Assembly (NCBI GenBank): GCA_003427395.1
Contig: BFEA01000009.1
Span: 4,465,741-4,527,403, forward strand
Reading direction: 5' to 3'
DNA length: 61,663 bases
From: Chara braunii
Taxonomy: Eukaryota; Plantae; Charophyceae
Of the stretch, positions 36,246-48,974 are shown piece after piece. The position numbers and the translations under genes are program-made. The notes below the pieces were generated by a model, which was not told where the DNA came from, searched no databases, and worked only from the letters and a program-made list of their open reading frames with translations. Numbering within the stretch: position 1 is the stretch's first letter; each line of letters starts with the position of its first letter.

Positions 36246-36451
36246 NAGGCTGGGGCCTGTAGGCCCTGTCAGAAGGAAGCTTCCAGGCAAGAGCCTGGAA
36301 GTTTCCCTGTAGGGAAACAGGCTGGGGCCTGTAGGCCCTGTCAGAAGGAAGCTTCCAGGCAAGAGCCTGGAAGTTTCCCTGTAGAGAAACAGGCTGGAGG
36401 TCCGGGACGGGCCCTGCAGGGCCCGTGCGGCTGCACAGTATGCCACAAACT

Positions 36452-37213
36452 AGAGAAAGCCGGTCCCCTCCAAAGTTTCCCTCAGGATGGCTGGCGCTGT
36501 CCGGCAAACTGCTGCGCTAAGGTGCTGAGCAAGGGGAGGTGCGTTAATCGGGGGAGGAGACTCCGACAGGTCGCGGCTGAGCGCTGTCAGGTTGGAAAGA
36601 GTTGAGGAAGAGCGGAGCCTTAGAAGGGAGAATGAGCTGACGGGATAACGGAGAAGGAATGAACCTGGGCGCAGTGTAGCGCGAGGGGCATTCGAAGTTG
36701 AATGAGAAGAGGGCATGGCGGAGGGCTGAGCTCGTAACTCACCCATTCCGCATCCGTTTTAGGCAGGGGAAAATGGCAGATGGGGGTTCTTTGACAGGGC
36801 GAGAGTACTGCCAAGCCGGTCGTCGTCGGACTTGGGCATACGGCCGAAAGGCTGATCGAACGGGAGAGAGCCGGTCCCCTCCAAAGTTTCCCTCAGGATG
36901 GCTGGCGCTGTCCGACAAACTGCTGCAGTAAGGTGCTGAGCAAGGGGAGGTGCGTTAATCGGGGGAGAGGAGGCTCCGACAGGTCGCGGCTGAGCGATGT
37001 CAGGTTGGAAAGAGTTGAGGAAGAGCGGAGCGTTAGAAGGGAGAATGAGCTGACGGGATGACGGAGAAGGAATGAACCTGGGCGCAGTGTAGCGCAAGGG
37101 GCATTCGAAGTTGAATGAGAAGCGGGCATGGCGGAGGGCTGAGCTCGTAACTCACCCATTCCGCATCCGTTTTAGGCAGGGGAAAATGGCAGACGGGGGT
37201 TCTTTGACAGGGC
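36452..37213. repeat. ~410-bp tandem duplication within the LTR
   Basis: 32794-32851 plus 36452-36803 is nearly identical to 36804-37213. Confidence 0.9.
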
Positions 37214-38268
37214 AAGATGAATGGTAGAATGGCGGATGGATTAGTGTAGAAGGAGAATAGTGGAAAATGTCGTGCGCGGAGATGGCGAAAGTGAAGGAGA
37301 AGGGGGATGGGAAAACGTATGACTCACTCATTTCTCTACGGAATCGAGCGAGGGAGGAGTCGAAATCGGGGTTTTGGAGGGCTGCGAATTAGAATATGAA
37401 GTTAGTTTTGCTGTAGGATTAGTAGAATGAGAGTTTGAGAAGATTTGTACGGCACGGAGATGGTGGGGAACGAGGGAGAAGAAAGGTAGAAAAACAAAGA
37501 TCTCACCCGTTTCTTAGCGAAAGCGGGCGAGGGAGGGTGCTAAGTAGGGGTTTTCTATAGCTGCGAGACAGGTTATGAGGTTAGTTTCATACGTTAGTGG
37601 GTAGGTTTTGAGATACGAGTGAGAATGAATCCGCCCGTAGTGCAGTGAAAGATTCATTTTCGTTCTACGCTTTATGAGCAGTATAAAGTGACTCTCAGAT
37701 TGCGAGCGTCAGTGTCTCTCTGAGTTCCTGCGTAATATGAAGTTGTGGTCACGGTGATGGTTGATTTTTAGTGTCTGACTGGTTGCACTCACCTCCATTA
37801 TCCATAGTCGTGCCCCCCACTGTGCTTGATTGAAAGTGTTTCATTCCTGTTAGTCATCGTCGTCCCGACGATCGACTTCGCTCTGTGCGACCACCACGGT
37901 AGTTTATACAGATGTTTCTGCTGGGATTATGGTCGCCTTGCCACTACTGACATAGGAGTGTGAAAGTCGTGCTCACACCCGGTTGACCCTTCTGAGCCAG
38001 TGGGCAGAATAGAGTGGGAAAGCGTGGCAAATGAGGAGAGGAGTAGCGGACGCTGCGGGGGAGAAGGCTTACCTGCGCAGCCTACATCGATCTTCAGATA
38101 CATCACGGTCGTGCTCGTTGTCGTGGTAAACACTCCTACGACTGTCGTCAAAGTTCTCACTTCCCACCAACGAATCGGCGTATCTGGCTGTCTCTTAGCA
38201 GGAGGTTCCTTCTCGACAGACAGCTTGGCACAGGTACCGGGCGTGGCGGCAGGGTATGTACGCACATA

Positions 38269-38272
<4 letters not shown>

Positions 38273-38307
<35 letters not shown>
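38273..38307. repeat. (GA)n microsatellite
   Basis: Direct reading. Confidence 0.95.
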
Positions 38308-38308
<1 letters not shown>

Positions 38309-39671
38309 AGAGCAAACTTACTTGTCCGCTGGGGGCTGTGCCGTATGCCAACGAAGAAGAACGGGAGGGTGCAGAAGTAGAAGGAGGAGAGATTATTTTT
38401 TGAGCTCACCGACTGTGACACTGCGCATTTTTTTTTGAGTTGCTGTTAGTACTGGCTGAGATTGCAGGGCCGGATGGACTTACCCGCTGGTGGGTGTATT
38501 ACTCAGTCAGGGCGAATGGAGGACTTAGTCTACATGCCCAAGACCTCTGTTGTTTCCAGACTGAGCATTGCGGCAAGTCCAGCCAGAGTTCTGCAGCGAT
38601 ACCTGAACGATGTGCTATTAGTCGTCCGCTGCGCAACTGTTGTGTGCTGCGCTGCGGACTGCAGAGTTTGTCTGCAGTTTCTGAGTATAACTAATCTTGC
38701 TGTGTATCTGAGCACGATAGCAGGGATTAAAGGAGGACTGCCCATGATATATCTATTGCTGATTACTGCAGCTGTTGGGCTTTGTGACCAATTGCGGATT
38801 CACGAGCACCGTCCTATTGTGTACGCACCATGAGCTTACTGCGCCTCAACAATACGCACAGAGGGTTTTTTTTTTTTGTATGTTGAGCATCACAACCATT
38901 GTTGTGTTTTCATGTTGTGCACTACTAGGAGCAACGCTATGATACTGGTGCTTGGTGCTGGGTATTAGCGCGATATCTCCATGCTGTGCGCGGCCAGTGT
39001 GCACGCACTAATCAAAATTGAGTTAGTACGGCTTACCTACGAGCTTAGAGGGGGTGGTCTGACTGCAGAAAGGGAGTCTTGTTGCAAGACGGGAGGGTCG
39101 CCGGAGAGTCAATAGCTTGTGGTCTAGCCTCAGTTGACCAAGCTGATGCGCGTTCTGGCCATCATTGCGGGGCTCTCAGGCGCATGAAGGTAACAAGGCC
39201 CTCTCTTGAGAGTTGAGTTGTCCCCCTCTTGTATCTCAAGCGTCTAAAACCACTCCTTCTATCCTTCTAACTCTTAGCATAATCCTGTTATGAGAGGAAG
39301 GCGGCAGGCGGGATTGCAACCCGTAGGACCACAGCAAGACTTTGTGGGGAGTCTGCCCACCGATTGCGGGAGCTCTGCCGGAACTCAGGAAGAGTTCTGG
39401 AGGTAGGGAACTGAAACATAACCATTGCTTTCCTTCTATAAGCCCAGTATAACCCCTACTTGTATTCATTACCATGTTTGACTGAGTATGTTGCCTGTCT
39501 CCCTACTTTGACTTCCAGTTTGACTTCAGGACATAAATCAGGCTTAATAAAGGAATGTATGTGTAATGTCAGTTTCAGTTTTATTGTTTGACTGGAAGCA
39601 GACTGTGGGATTGCATCCGGGGGAAGGATGAGAGGAAGGCAGTGTTGCATGATTGACTGAGTGAACCAAAG

Positions 39672-40126
39672 GCTGGGAGAGTCTCCATAAGTTTGGAGGG
39701 CCAAGTGCTATGTTTATTTTCGATTGCTTGAACGACAAGACAGATTCCCATAAGTTTGGGTGGTCTGGTTGCTTTGACTTGCGAGGGCTGACTGTGATTG
39801 ACTTTTCAGGGACCAAGCATGTTCCATAAGTTTGGGTGGCTTGGTCGCCTTGTTTACTTTGTTTTTTTTTTCAATTTCTTTAGTTTCTGAACGAGGAGAT
39901 CTAAGCATGTTCCATAAGTTTGGGTGGCTCAGTCTCTTCCTGCTTTAGCTTTGAGAGGAATAAACCAGGCTGAGGACCAAGACATGTTTCATAAGTTTGG
40001 GTGGTCTTGGTCCAACGTCTCGCACATGCTGGAACCGGAAGGTTTTAACTTGGCTATATTGTATTATTACTTTATCTATGAACAGGCTAGTCAGACAGGG
40101 TTTCATAAGTTTAGGTGGTCTAACTA
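39672..40126 (+). repeat. Array of 6 stem-loop repeats (core TTCCATAAGTTTGGGTGG) with unique spacers
   Basis: Copies at ~39672, 39734, 39811, 39896, 39974 and 40088. Stems GACCAAGC/GCTTGGTC and GGACCAAGAC/GTCTTGGTCC. Positional homolog of 5203-5941. Confidence 0.8.
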
Positions 40127-42442
40127 TAGCTTATCACCAACTGAAGAGACTACTAATTAAGAATGAACTTGTGATACGAAGGGGCAGACTGAATCTTGAG
40201 CTAAAGATAATCGGTTCAATTATATGCTACCTCAAAAGACTAAGTGCAGACAATTATATAAAATTGGGATACTTAAACAGTTCAGGGCGACTAAGGTGAC
40301 CTAGTCATATGCCCAAAGAAGAGAAAAGTTGTTGTGCCCTGTGTTTGTGTACTTACCTTTGTGGTTTGACCTGCATATAACTGAGTGCGACTACTGCTTA
40401 GTCTGAGTTTCAGTTTGATAGGTAGTTGCTTTAGTTGCTCGCCACGTGCTAGAGTCATAGAAGTTAGTTTTAATTTAGTGCATTTTCTGGGCTAAGTTTA
40501 TTTTTACTTAGGTCAATTTATGTATTTTCTGGGATCTTTTATTATACTTGGTCTTGTATAAATTTTGGTAAACCATTTTCTCTACGGGAAGCGCTGCCGA
40601 AATTTCTACAAAATCGAGGAGTTAGTCAGATTTTGTTTTTTCAAAGTTCAGTTCATCTGACTTTTATATATGACTTAGTAAAAATCTAGAAAGTCTTTGG
40701 TTCTAAAGTGAGTGTTGCCCAAATTTTTGCTAATTAAGGGAGTTAGACAAAACTGGACCTTGAGGACTCAAAATTCTGAACTTGGCTTTGTATGAATTTT
40801 GGTAAGCTACTTTCTCTACGGGAAGCGCTGCCGAAATTTCTGCAAATCCAAGGAGTTAGTTAAAATTTGACTTTTAAAATTTTAACTTGTCTGATTTTTA
40901 TATATATGGCTTAGTAAAAATCTGGGAAGTCTCCTTTTCTAAAGGGAGTGTTGCCCAAATTTTTGCAAGGTTGGAAATTATTTTTGTTTCCATATGTAGG
41001 CTGATATAAATTTTGGAAAGACATTTTTCCTAAGGGAAGCGCTGCCGAAATTTTCTTAGTTTAGAGGAGATAGATTATATTTTGACAGGTGGCGACCTCG
41101 GCGATCCACTCTGTATGGGGGAGATTCTGTCATAGGTCTACCTTTCTTTGGACACTGGCTTAGAGATAGACATAGGCTTGACTATTAGGATAATCTTGAG
41201 TGAGTACGTGTGATGAAAATTTGATCTCCATACATTGACGGTTTAGCTTGGACGTTGACCTGTCGTATAATACAAGTATTATTTGGACATTCGATCCAGG
41301 ATTTGGACTAGCTTCAGCTTAATCCTACGAGGATCATTTTCTGTTATCATTGATAACAGGTCGCTTGGTTGATCGCCGACTTGTCGACTCACGACACAAC
41401 TCTGCTTACACCTGTACCTCAACTTGATTGCCTCAGCCCTGAGATTTTGATATGTTTTTTGAGGATTTTAGCCGAGCTTCTTTTAATGGTCGAGGTCGAG
41501 CGGCAACGGCGAATATCAAAGTAGCACAAGGGGGCCGAGGGGTCGAGGGTCCGGCGGGGCTATCCCCCTTGGTTTTGTCGTTGGCGGCGTCCGATCGGTG
41601 GTGACACCTTCTAAGTAATTCTTTTAGCGCCATATTCCTAATAATTTTTGTTATGCTCCGGCGTCCTTTGACTTGGACGCAACGTTGGATTTAGAGGTCG
41701 TCACGGCAGTCGAGGACCTTGAGCACGCGCCTCTTTTAGTAAGTCTGTTTCGATTCCGCGGGTTCAGGATGCTGGCGAAAGTCCGCTATTGCGCCCTAGC
41801 AGGGAAAACTACGACGCGGTCAAGGTCTGAGTCGCAATTGCACCTGATGCGTAGTATCAACGAGGTTGCCTGAAATGCGGCAGCAAACTGTTTTCGCGGC
41901 TGCGCCAAAGTTATCCTTTTGCAGTATTTCGGGGATCCCCATGGCAGCCACATCCGTGTTCGAGCCCCCCCCCCCCAATGAGGTAACTTGTGGGAACCGC
42001 GCCCACCAGCAGGTGTGGCACCTGGTATAATAGGTGGGCGGTACCGGCCAGAGGGGGTCAGACGGTAACATCGGTACCAGACTTCTCCGATGGGCCAGTC
42101 ACTGTGCCTCCCCTCCGGCCCCCTTCCCTGTGGGCACCAGTGGGTGACGGGCATGGGCTCAGTCGGGCAGCAGCGGGTGGTCGAGGGCAGAGTAGGTAGC
42201 TCGACGGGGATACGCCCACCGAAGGGAGGTGACAGCTCCCGTAAGGTGGAGGTAAGTCGTGCCTCGCGTTAGCCCTATCATGTTGTAGGGGCTCGCGGGA
42301 GGTATGGCTGGCTCACTCGGCCGGAGCGGTCTGTGGAAGCTCCATGTACACTCGCGAGGAGGATACAAACCAACTCCTGCGTGACGTGACTGGGAGGATC
42401 CCGCGCTGCCTTGTGCGGTGGTGGACCGATGTGCTCGACTGG

Positions 42443-42460
42443 TGACACCGTTGCCGGGGA
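42443..42460 (+). promoter_or_regulatory. Decayed tRNA-Asp PBS
   Basis: TGACACCGTTGCCGGGGA differs from TGGCGCCGTTGCCGGGGA by two G>A changes. It follows the same GG spacer as in element B. Confidence 0.7.
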
Positions 42461-42580
42461 TAACGGTTGCCTGCCGTTGCCCCTGGTGGAACGACATCCG
42501 GGTATGGGATCCAGGGATTGTGAGAACTAGGCAAAATGAGAAGTTTCCTTTGGATTTTATGATTAATCGATTGATGGCAT

Positions 42581-43755
42581 TGGATAGAGGGCAAGTGAGA
42601 GTTGATTATGTGAGATGGGTGTGGCTAGTGCAGTAACGATGGTTCAGGAAGGATAGACGTTTTGACTATGTGATCAAGTACTTTGACTAGCCTGGCGGTA
42701 GGTGGAAATTGATACCCCTGCCTGACCTTAAAAGTTGGTAGGTTTTGGACGATGCCTCGGATGACTGATATGGCTAAGGGGAGATGAGGGGGTATCAACA
42801 CGCTGAGAGTGAGGGTTGTGGGAGTTGGCCTTGTAAGGGAGCCTATTATGTTAGAAGTCATCGAAAGGCTTCGAGGAAAGTTGGGCTAAGAAGGCCAAAA
42901 GACTTTTGAATCTGAATATGGGATCCTTGAATCTGGGTTCTAAGCGGTTATTTGGTTTATATAGCCATAAAAGTGTGAGGTTTGCCACGCGCAAGGTGTT
43001 CAAGTTGGGCATATAAAGCAGTGGATGGGTGTAGTGAGCACCGCACTATGACCTCAATAGAAAGGACTACGGGAAGTAGTAGATTTGCACGACACTCTTG
43101 TTGATTAAGCAAGGTATCTGATCCTAGGGGCAGTCGGAGTAACAGTGAAGGAGCTAACACTTAGACGTTTGGATAGAGGGCAAGTGAGAGTTGATTATGT
43201 GAGATGGGTGTGGCTAGTACAGTAACGATGGCACAGGAAGGATAGACCTTTTGACTATGTGATCAAGTACTTTGACTAACCTGGCGGTAGGTGGAAATTG
43301 ATACCCCCACCTGACCTTAAAATTTGGTAGGTTTTGGACGATGTCTCGGATGGTTGATATGGCTAAGGGGAGATGAAGGGGTATCAACACGCTGAGTGTG
43401 AGGGTTGTGGGAGTTGGCCTTGTAAGGGAGCCTATTATGTTAGAAGTCATCGAAAGGCTTCGAGGAAAGTTGGGCTAAGAAGGCCAAAATGATTTTGAAT
43501 CTGAATATGGGATCCTTGAGTCTGGGTTCTAAGCGTTTATTTGGTTTATATAGCCATGAAAGTGTGAGGTCTGCCACGCGCAAGGTGTTCAATTTGGGCA
43601 CATAAAGCAGTGGATGGGTGTAGTGAGCACCGCACTATGACCTCAATAGAAAGGACTACGGAAAGTAGTAGATTTGCACGACACCCTTGTTGATTAAGGA
43701 GGGTATCTGATCCTAGGGGCAGTCGGAGTAACAGTGAAGGAGCTAACACTCAGAC
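42581..43755. repeat. 589-bp tandem duplication
   Basis: 42581-43169 and 43170-43755 are near-identical; duplicated ORFs appear in the track. Confidence 0.95.
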
Positions 43756-44706
43756 TATTTTGCTTACCTTTGATGGGGCAATGGGTAGTAATTGTTGTTA
43801 GACCTTCGCTTGAACCTTTCCTAGGTTTGGACCATCCACTTGAATCTATGAGTTGGAACTAAGGACTTGAGACTAACCGTCTGAGGGCATTTCTATTTGA
43901 GTTATATGTTGAACTCAGTCCTATATACCAGATACTGTCTAAGTAAGCTTGCCTAACGTCTCATTGTGTGAGGCTATGTGCTTGATGATTATATTCCTTT
44001 GATAATTATCATTGTCAGAAATATTTACATGGGCCATGTATCTAGAGTATGTATTTGAACTATTCAGTCTGCAATGATTTTTATGCGTGTCTCAAATCCA
44101 ATTATCGATTTATGGCTGTCTATTAAGGTTTATGTGTTTGGATTGCTCCTCAAAGAGGGGGTAGAGATATTATGCAGAATCCACGTCTGATGCGGATTCA
44201 GAGGTGAATGGAGTGACCACCTCTTGAGATAAGTACTTCTCAGGAAATGGTCAATGTATAAGGTCTGCCCTAAGGAAGGTTGCAATCTTATGTTATTGTT
44301 CTCTTAAGAGATGACTTTGAATAAGTTATAATCTTGTCTTGTAGGTAGTAGTGAGACCCACGTCGGAACTATGTTTCTCATCCATAGTGGGGTGTTGTTG
44401 TTGTATCCTTGGTGCTAAAATAACTACACTACTACCGAAAAGGAGGAAAGTTTTTGGGTCTTGTTAGACTATTGGTCTATGAGGAAAGCGGCTACTACAT
44501 GCCACAGAAAGGCAGGGGGTGAATCCCCAACTATTTTTGTGACAAGTGGTTCCCCAGCGCAAGACGGGACTGTACACCCCGAAGCGTGTATGGTGAGGTT
44601 GCTTTCCTTGTCGACAAGGAACGAATGCTAGAATCGGAGGGAGCAGCAGTGAGGCTTCACCCTTGAGTGAGACTCGGGGATTTAAAATGCTATCCTTTCT
44701 GAAAAA

Positions 44707-45145
44707 CTACGTTGCATAGAGTACACGTACGGGGGCTTCCCGTACAAACCGTACAAGTTATTTATGTACGGGATCTGTACGAGAACTTGTACGTCTTGTA
44801 CGTCCCCGTACGAAAAANNNNNNNNNNNNNNNNNNNNNNNNNNNNNNNNNNNNNNNNNNNNNNNNNNNNNNNNNNNNNNNNNNNNNNNNNNNNNNNNNNN
44901 NNNNNNNNNNNNNNNNNNNNNNNNNNNNNNNNNNNNNNNNNNNNNNNNNNNNNNNNNNNNNNNNNNNNNNNNNNNNNNNNNNNNNNNNNNNNNNNNNNNN
45001 NNNNNNNNNNNNNNNNNNNNNNNNNNNNNNNNNNNNNNNNNNAAAAAAAAAAAAAAAAAAAAAAGCCTCGTACGGGGCCCCTAGCTTACAAGTACAAGAG
45101 TACGAGTCCGTACTCGTACGAGAGTGCGTACAAATGGCAACGTAG
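44707..45145. mobile_element. MITE (hAT/P-like) with GTAC-rich subterminal repeats, spanning N gap 44818-45042
   Basis: TIR CTACGTTGC / GCAACGTAG. Flanks CTGAAAAA (44699-44706) and CTGAAAAG (45146-45153) form an 8-bp TSD with one mismatch. Dense GTAC motifs at both ends. Confidence 0.7.
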
Positions 45146-45660
45146 CTGAAAAGGATTACACTGCCCCTCACCACAGTATACTTCTGTCAAAGCTGGGGAG
45201 TAAAGTGTGGTACTCTCGCAAGAATTATGTCGGAGAGTGCTAACTGTTGACAATCATATCCCTAATTATGTTGTACCTATCGTATGTTATGCATGTTGAC
45301 ATAGGCCTGTCGTATGAGATATTTATGTTTTGAGTAACTGACTAGTGTGTGTATGATGTGTTTGATTACTATGAGTGTTTGTTGTCAGTACTATGGTAAT
45401 ATATCGTTTCCCATGAGTGTTATAATTGTGAAATTTTGATATCTGTTAATGCAATATTATTGTGATATATTACCATTATTATTTTTCACTAAGTTGGGTG
45501 GTCGTAAACACTAGAAAGGATGAATTTTAGTGAAAGATGATATGAAGTTAAGGCTTCAGGGGTAGGGATATAGTAACGTGATTGTCAGTGGTAACGGAAG
45601 GCGCATGCTAGGCGTTTTCTGTGATGGGCAGAACCCAGACCAGAGCGAAGGCAACTCAGG

Positions 45661-46305
45661 ATGCCTTATGCAAAGGAAGATCCTAATATGGTCTTGCCTG
45701 TTAAAAGGGAACATGGACTCGAGGTATCCTTGACAAGGAGAGTCGAGGGAGGAGAGTATATCTCTTCTTGGTGGGGCACATTGATGGACGTGGGTATTTT
45801 CGCTTGGATCGAGTCCGGCTTTAATGATGATGAAGATTGTGCGATCGTAAGGGTAACCCTGTACGCATCTTCCTCATTCTGGGCCAAGCATGGGCTCGAG
45901 TTGACACTTGGACGCGGGAGCATGCTTGCGAGGCCGTTAAGAATAGCTGAGGGAGCTGCGACAAAATGGACAAGAAGAAGGGTCCATGAAGGGGAAGAGC
46001 GAGTGACGACCCATGTAGAAGTCAAGCGTGCCGATGAATTTGGGTTTCCTTCTGCCCCATTGTGAGTCGTCCTGCCTGAATTTCTGGTAGAGAAGTGTTT
46101 CGGGGGACAAGAAAGGGTAGAGGCCGCAGCAGAAGCCGCTTTGAGGACGCGCGAATGGGGGTATGGGCGTTTTACGTGCGAACTGATATATGGCCTGTAC
46201 CTGGACCAAAGGTTTTTACCCCATAGTCAAGGACTAAGGAACATGATCAATATTGTGGATGCCTATGCGAACTCCCATGATCCATATGACAAGGTTGTAG
46301 ATTGA
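45661..46305 (+). pseudogene. Decayed ~215-codon accessory ORF of unknown function in element C
   Basis: Track ORF 45661-46065 continues past one TGA for 79 more codons (VVLPEFLVEKCFGG...DPYDKVVD*). Confidence 0.5.
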
Positions 46306-48974
46306 AATGATGTCTGGGTAGTAGCAGGGCGATAGAGGATGTCCTTGTGATTTGCCGAAGTGCTTCTCTCATGAGCTTGTGTATATACGTGTACATGGGA
46401 GCCAATGTAGAAGGCTAATTGATTGTGTGATTCCAACCCTGTATTTTAGTTTACAGGATCTTGACTATATACAAAACGGGTTGGAAAAGGTGTATATATG
46501 CCTTTAGTACATTGTGTGTATATGTTAGATCATAAGAGGCCTCAGGCAAAAATGGATAAGCAGGTCTTCAGGCTTTGGCATCTATTTAGAGGTAGACTAG
46601 TTAGAGCAGGAGAATGAGCCTCGCGTATGTATGAGTCACTGGGGGTAAGAAACGAATGAGGGAATGGGTTGTGATATGGACTTGAGTACATCATGAGGTC
46701 ATGTGAGGATGAGATCTTATTAGGAGGACTGAGTTGGTTTTGATTGTGACAATTATCCTTCTTTAAGACATATACCCTCTACGATTCAAGATGAGTTGAT
46801 TGTGTTTTAAGGGCTGAGTTTATTTTTAACCATATCACCTTGAGTTGTGAAAGGGTACGCGCCCATACGTTATATATAGGAGCTGCTCTAAATTGAGTAG
46901 GTCCTGAGTTATGGTTTCAGGATGCTATGACCTCGAGAGTTAGTGTGCTAAACCTCTTGCTATGCGAATTGTGCTGAGATATGAGAGAGGAGTATGTACG
47001 ACACTTTGATTCGAGACTGCTGTAAGCTTATGATTGATTGAGGCGTGATGGACCTTGTGTTACGGGTTGGATATTTGGATATGTCTTGGGTTACTTGGAT
47101 CCCTCCAATTTAAGGGGTGCGATTACGCCCTGTCTAGAGCTGTTTCAGTTTAGCTCTGACTAAGGAGGCTATGATTTTTTTGGACGATGCTGGACCACTG
47201 GCGCCAGTTTGAGTTGAGATTGTTCGACTCTATGTGTATATATGTGATTCAAGACTATGACTCTTTGGGTTGAGTTGGGATATTATACCCCTGTGTATAT
47301 ATTGAGTTGAGATTTTATTTGAGTCTATTCTTTATATATGGCGATCACAATCACTCTCACATGTGTGGTTTTATCCTGATGTATGATGGTTTTGTGTGAG
47401 AGATGTGTGGGACACATCTCATGTGTCTTGTATTGTGTGAATGTGAATGTAGTCTACTCTTTGGTATACTCGTGCGATCTGCCTACGGGCAGGTGAAAGG
47501 GCCGAGTATAAGGAGAGGTAGTACAGTTGTTTTGTGGCAGAAGTGTGAGTATCCTAAGGGATTTTGCAAGTCTATGAGACTCGAATGCTTGCCATGCCGA
47601 ATGTTTTATGGTTGAGTTGTGAAGAGGACCCATAAGTTGGTCTCTCAGTTTGAGTTGTTTTATGGTTGAGACCCCTTCAGATTAAGGAAGGTGAAAATGT
47701 TGGTTATTGGAAGACTCATCTTCAAACAGCAGGTGTTTTAAAAAGGGTCGCGGGATAGCTCATCCCAGAAAGAGAGGGATGGCTGGGAGACCTATTGAGA
47801 AAGACCTCCTTCGTGTGAAAAGTGATTAATAGATTTAAGGGCATGGTAAGCAAAGTTTGAGTTGATAAAGTCTGACGAGAAGGACCAGAAAGATTGTTTT
47901 GAATGGAATTGAGCGTGTCGTAAATCAGTGCAATCGGTAGAAGTCATTGGGATGTGTGGTTTGCTGTCTCTGATCAAGTTAGGGGGTCATTACCATGTGA
48001 ACCTGATGGTGATTTCTGTTTATGATTGTGAGAAGGGTGTCGTGCTCTCTATGTTGTCCCATAGGGAACTGGTAAACGCCTTTATGTGAGACATACCCTT
48101 GCGTAGTCCCGCAGTGGGCCTGTGGTGTGTTACGACACACCGCCTGGACACTTGTGCTAATCCTGGGGCATTTTGAGGAAGACCAAGCTAAACGGTAAAG
48201 GTTAACACCTCTAGGGCGCAACCCCTAGTGGATGGCTGCGTGTCAGCACAACCTGGCAGCGGACCCTCGTCTACCAAAGGGGTAAGAGTTTAAGGGTTTA
48301 TGCACGCCTCAGGGAATTACTCCGATGAGATGGCGAGGGATACGAGTCGAGTCTGTTTGGTAGTCCTGGTTGAATGCTTATCAGGAGGAAACCTATCGTT
48401 ACGTAACCAGCGAAGGGTACTGCCGCTAAGGAAACAATGCGCTAGGCCGTAGATCTGGCTCGATTAACCAGACTATGGTGGGCCAGGATGGAGAACTTGC
48501 ATTTTTGTACTAGACTGCAGAAAGAGTTGAGATGAAATTTAAGTGTATATATGCTTATGTGTTTGATTTGAGGATTTTGGGAAGAAGGCGAGAGTGCCTT
48601 CTGAGGTCTCATTTAAGGTCCGCGTCCCTGGTGATGGCTCTGCTTACGAGGAAGAGTCTAACCGGGACACTCAACGAGAAGCCGACGCTTGTCTAGGACA
48701 AAGGAGAGAGGACGGTTTGAGAGGGCCTTTGTAACTTATGCCGTAGTATTGACGCGTAATACACCGGCGTCCTAATGTCAGGACAATGGAGACCCAGGTT
48801 GAAACCCTGGCGGCATATAGTTGTGTGGGCACAGATTGTTGAAGGCCTCTAATCTGAGTCTGTCGGCTAACCGGATTGGTTCCTTTTCTCGTCAGCATTT
48901 GGAGTTGTGAATGAATTGGTAGCTTTTTGATCCTGCGAAGCGACGGGGACGTCGCTTAATATGGTCCGGTAAGC

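Larger units (their letters stand above)
32852..36447 (-). mobile_element. Chromovirus-type Ty3/gypsy element with three LTR copies; internally deleted or collapsed in assembly
   Basis: TGTTGCA...TGCCACA termini, 4-bp TSD AACT (32848-32851 and 36448-36451), LTR copies at 32852-33765, 34410-35357 and 36247-36447, PBS-Met, PPT, and integrase plus chromodomain. Confidence 0.85.
31872..41470 (+). mobile_element. Family-A-related long LTR copy containing the nested chromovirus; 3' end lost
   Basis: Starts TATCGTACCGAATACCCTTACAAGGGTAT (TG decayed to TA). 39200-41300 is homologous to 4750-6244 plus 21315-22000, and 32150-32750 is homologous to 41670-42150. Confidence 0.65.

Noticed and set aside
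35383-36507. Intact 374-aa CDS
   Set aside because: It is a chimera of LTR subrepeat translation and an integrase fragment joined at an N (36246).
45624-45686. Histone-H3-tail-like peptide MGRTQTRAKATQ
   Set aside because: Out of frame with the longer ORF, stops after about 20 codons, and the similarity is weak.
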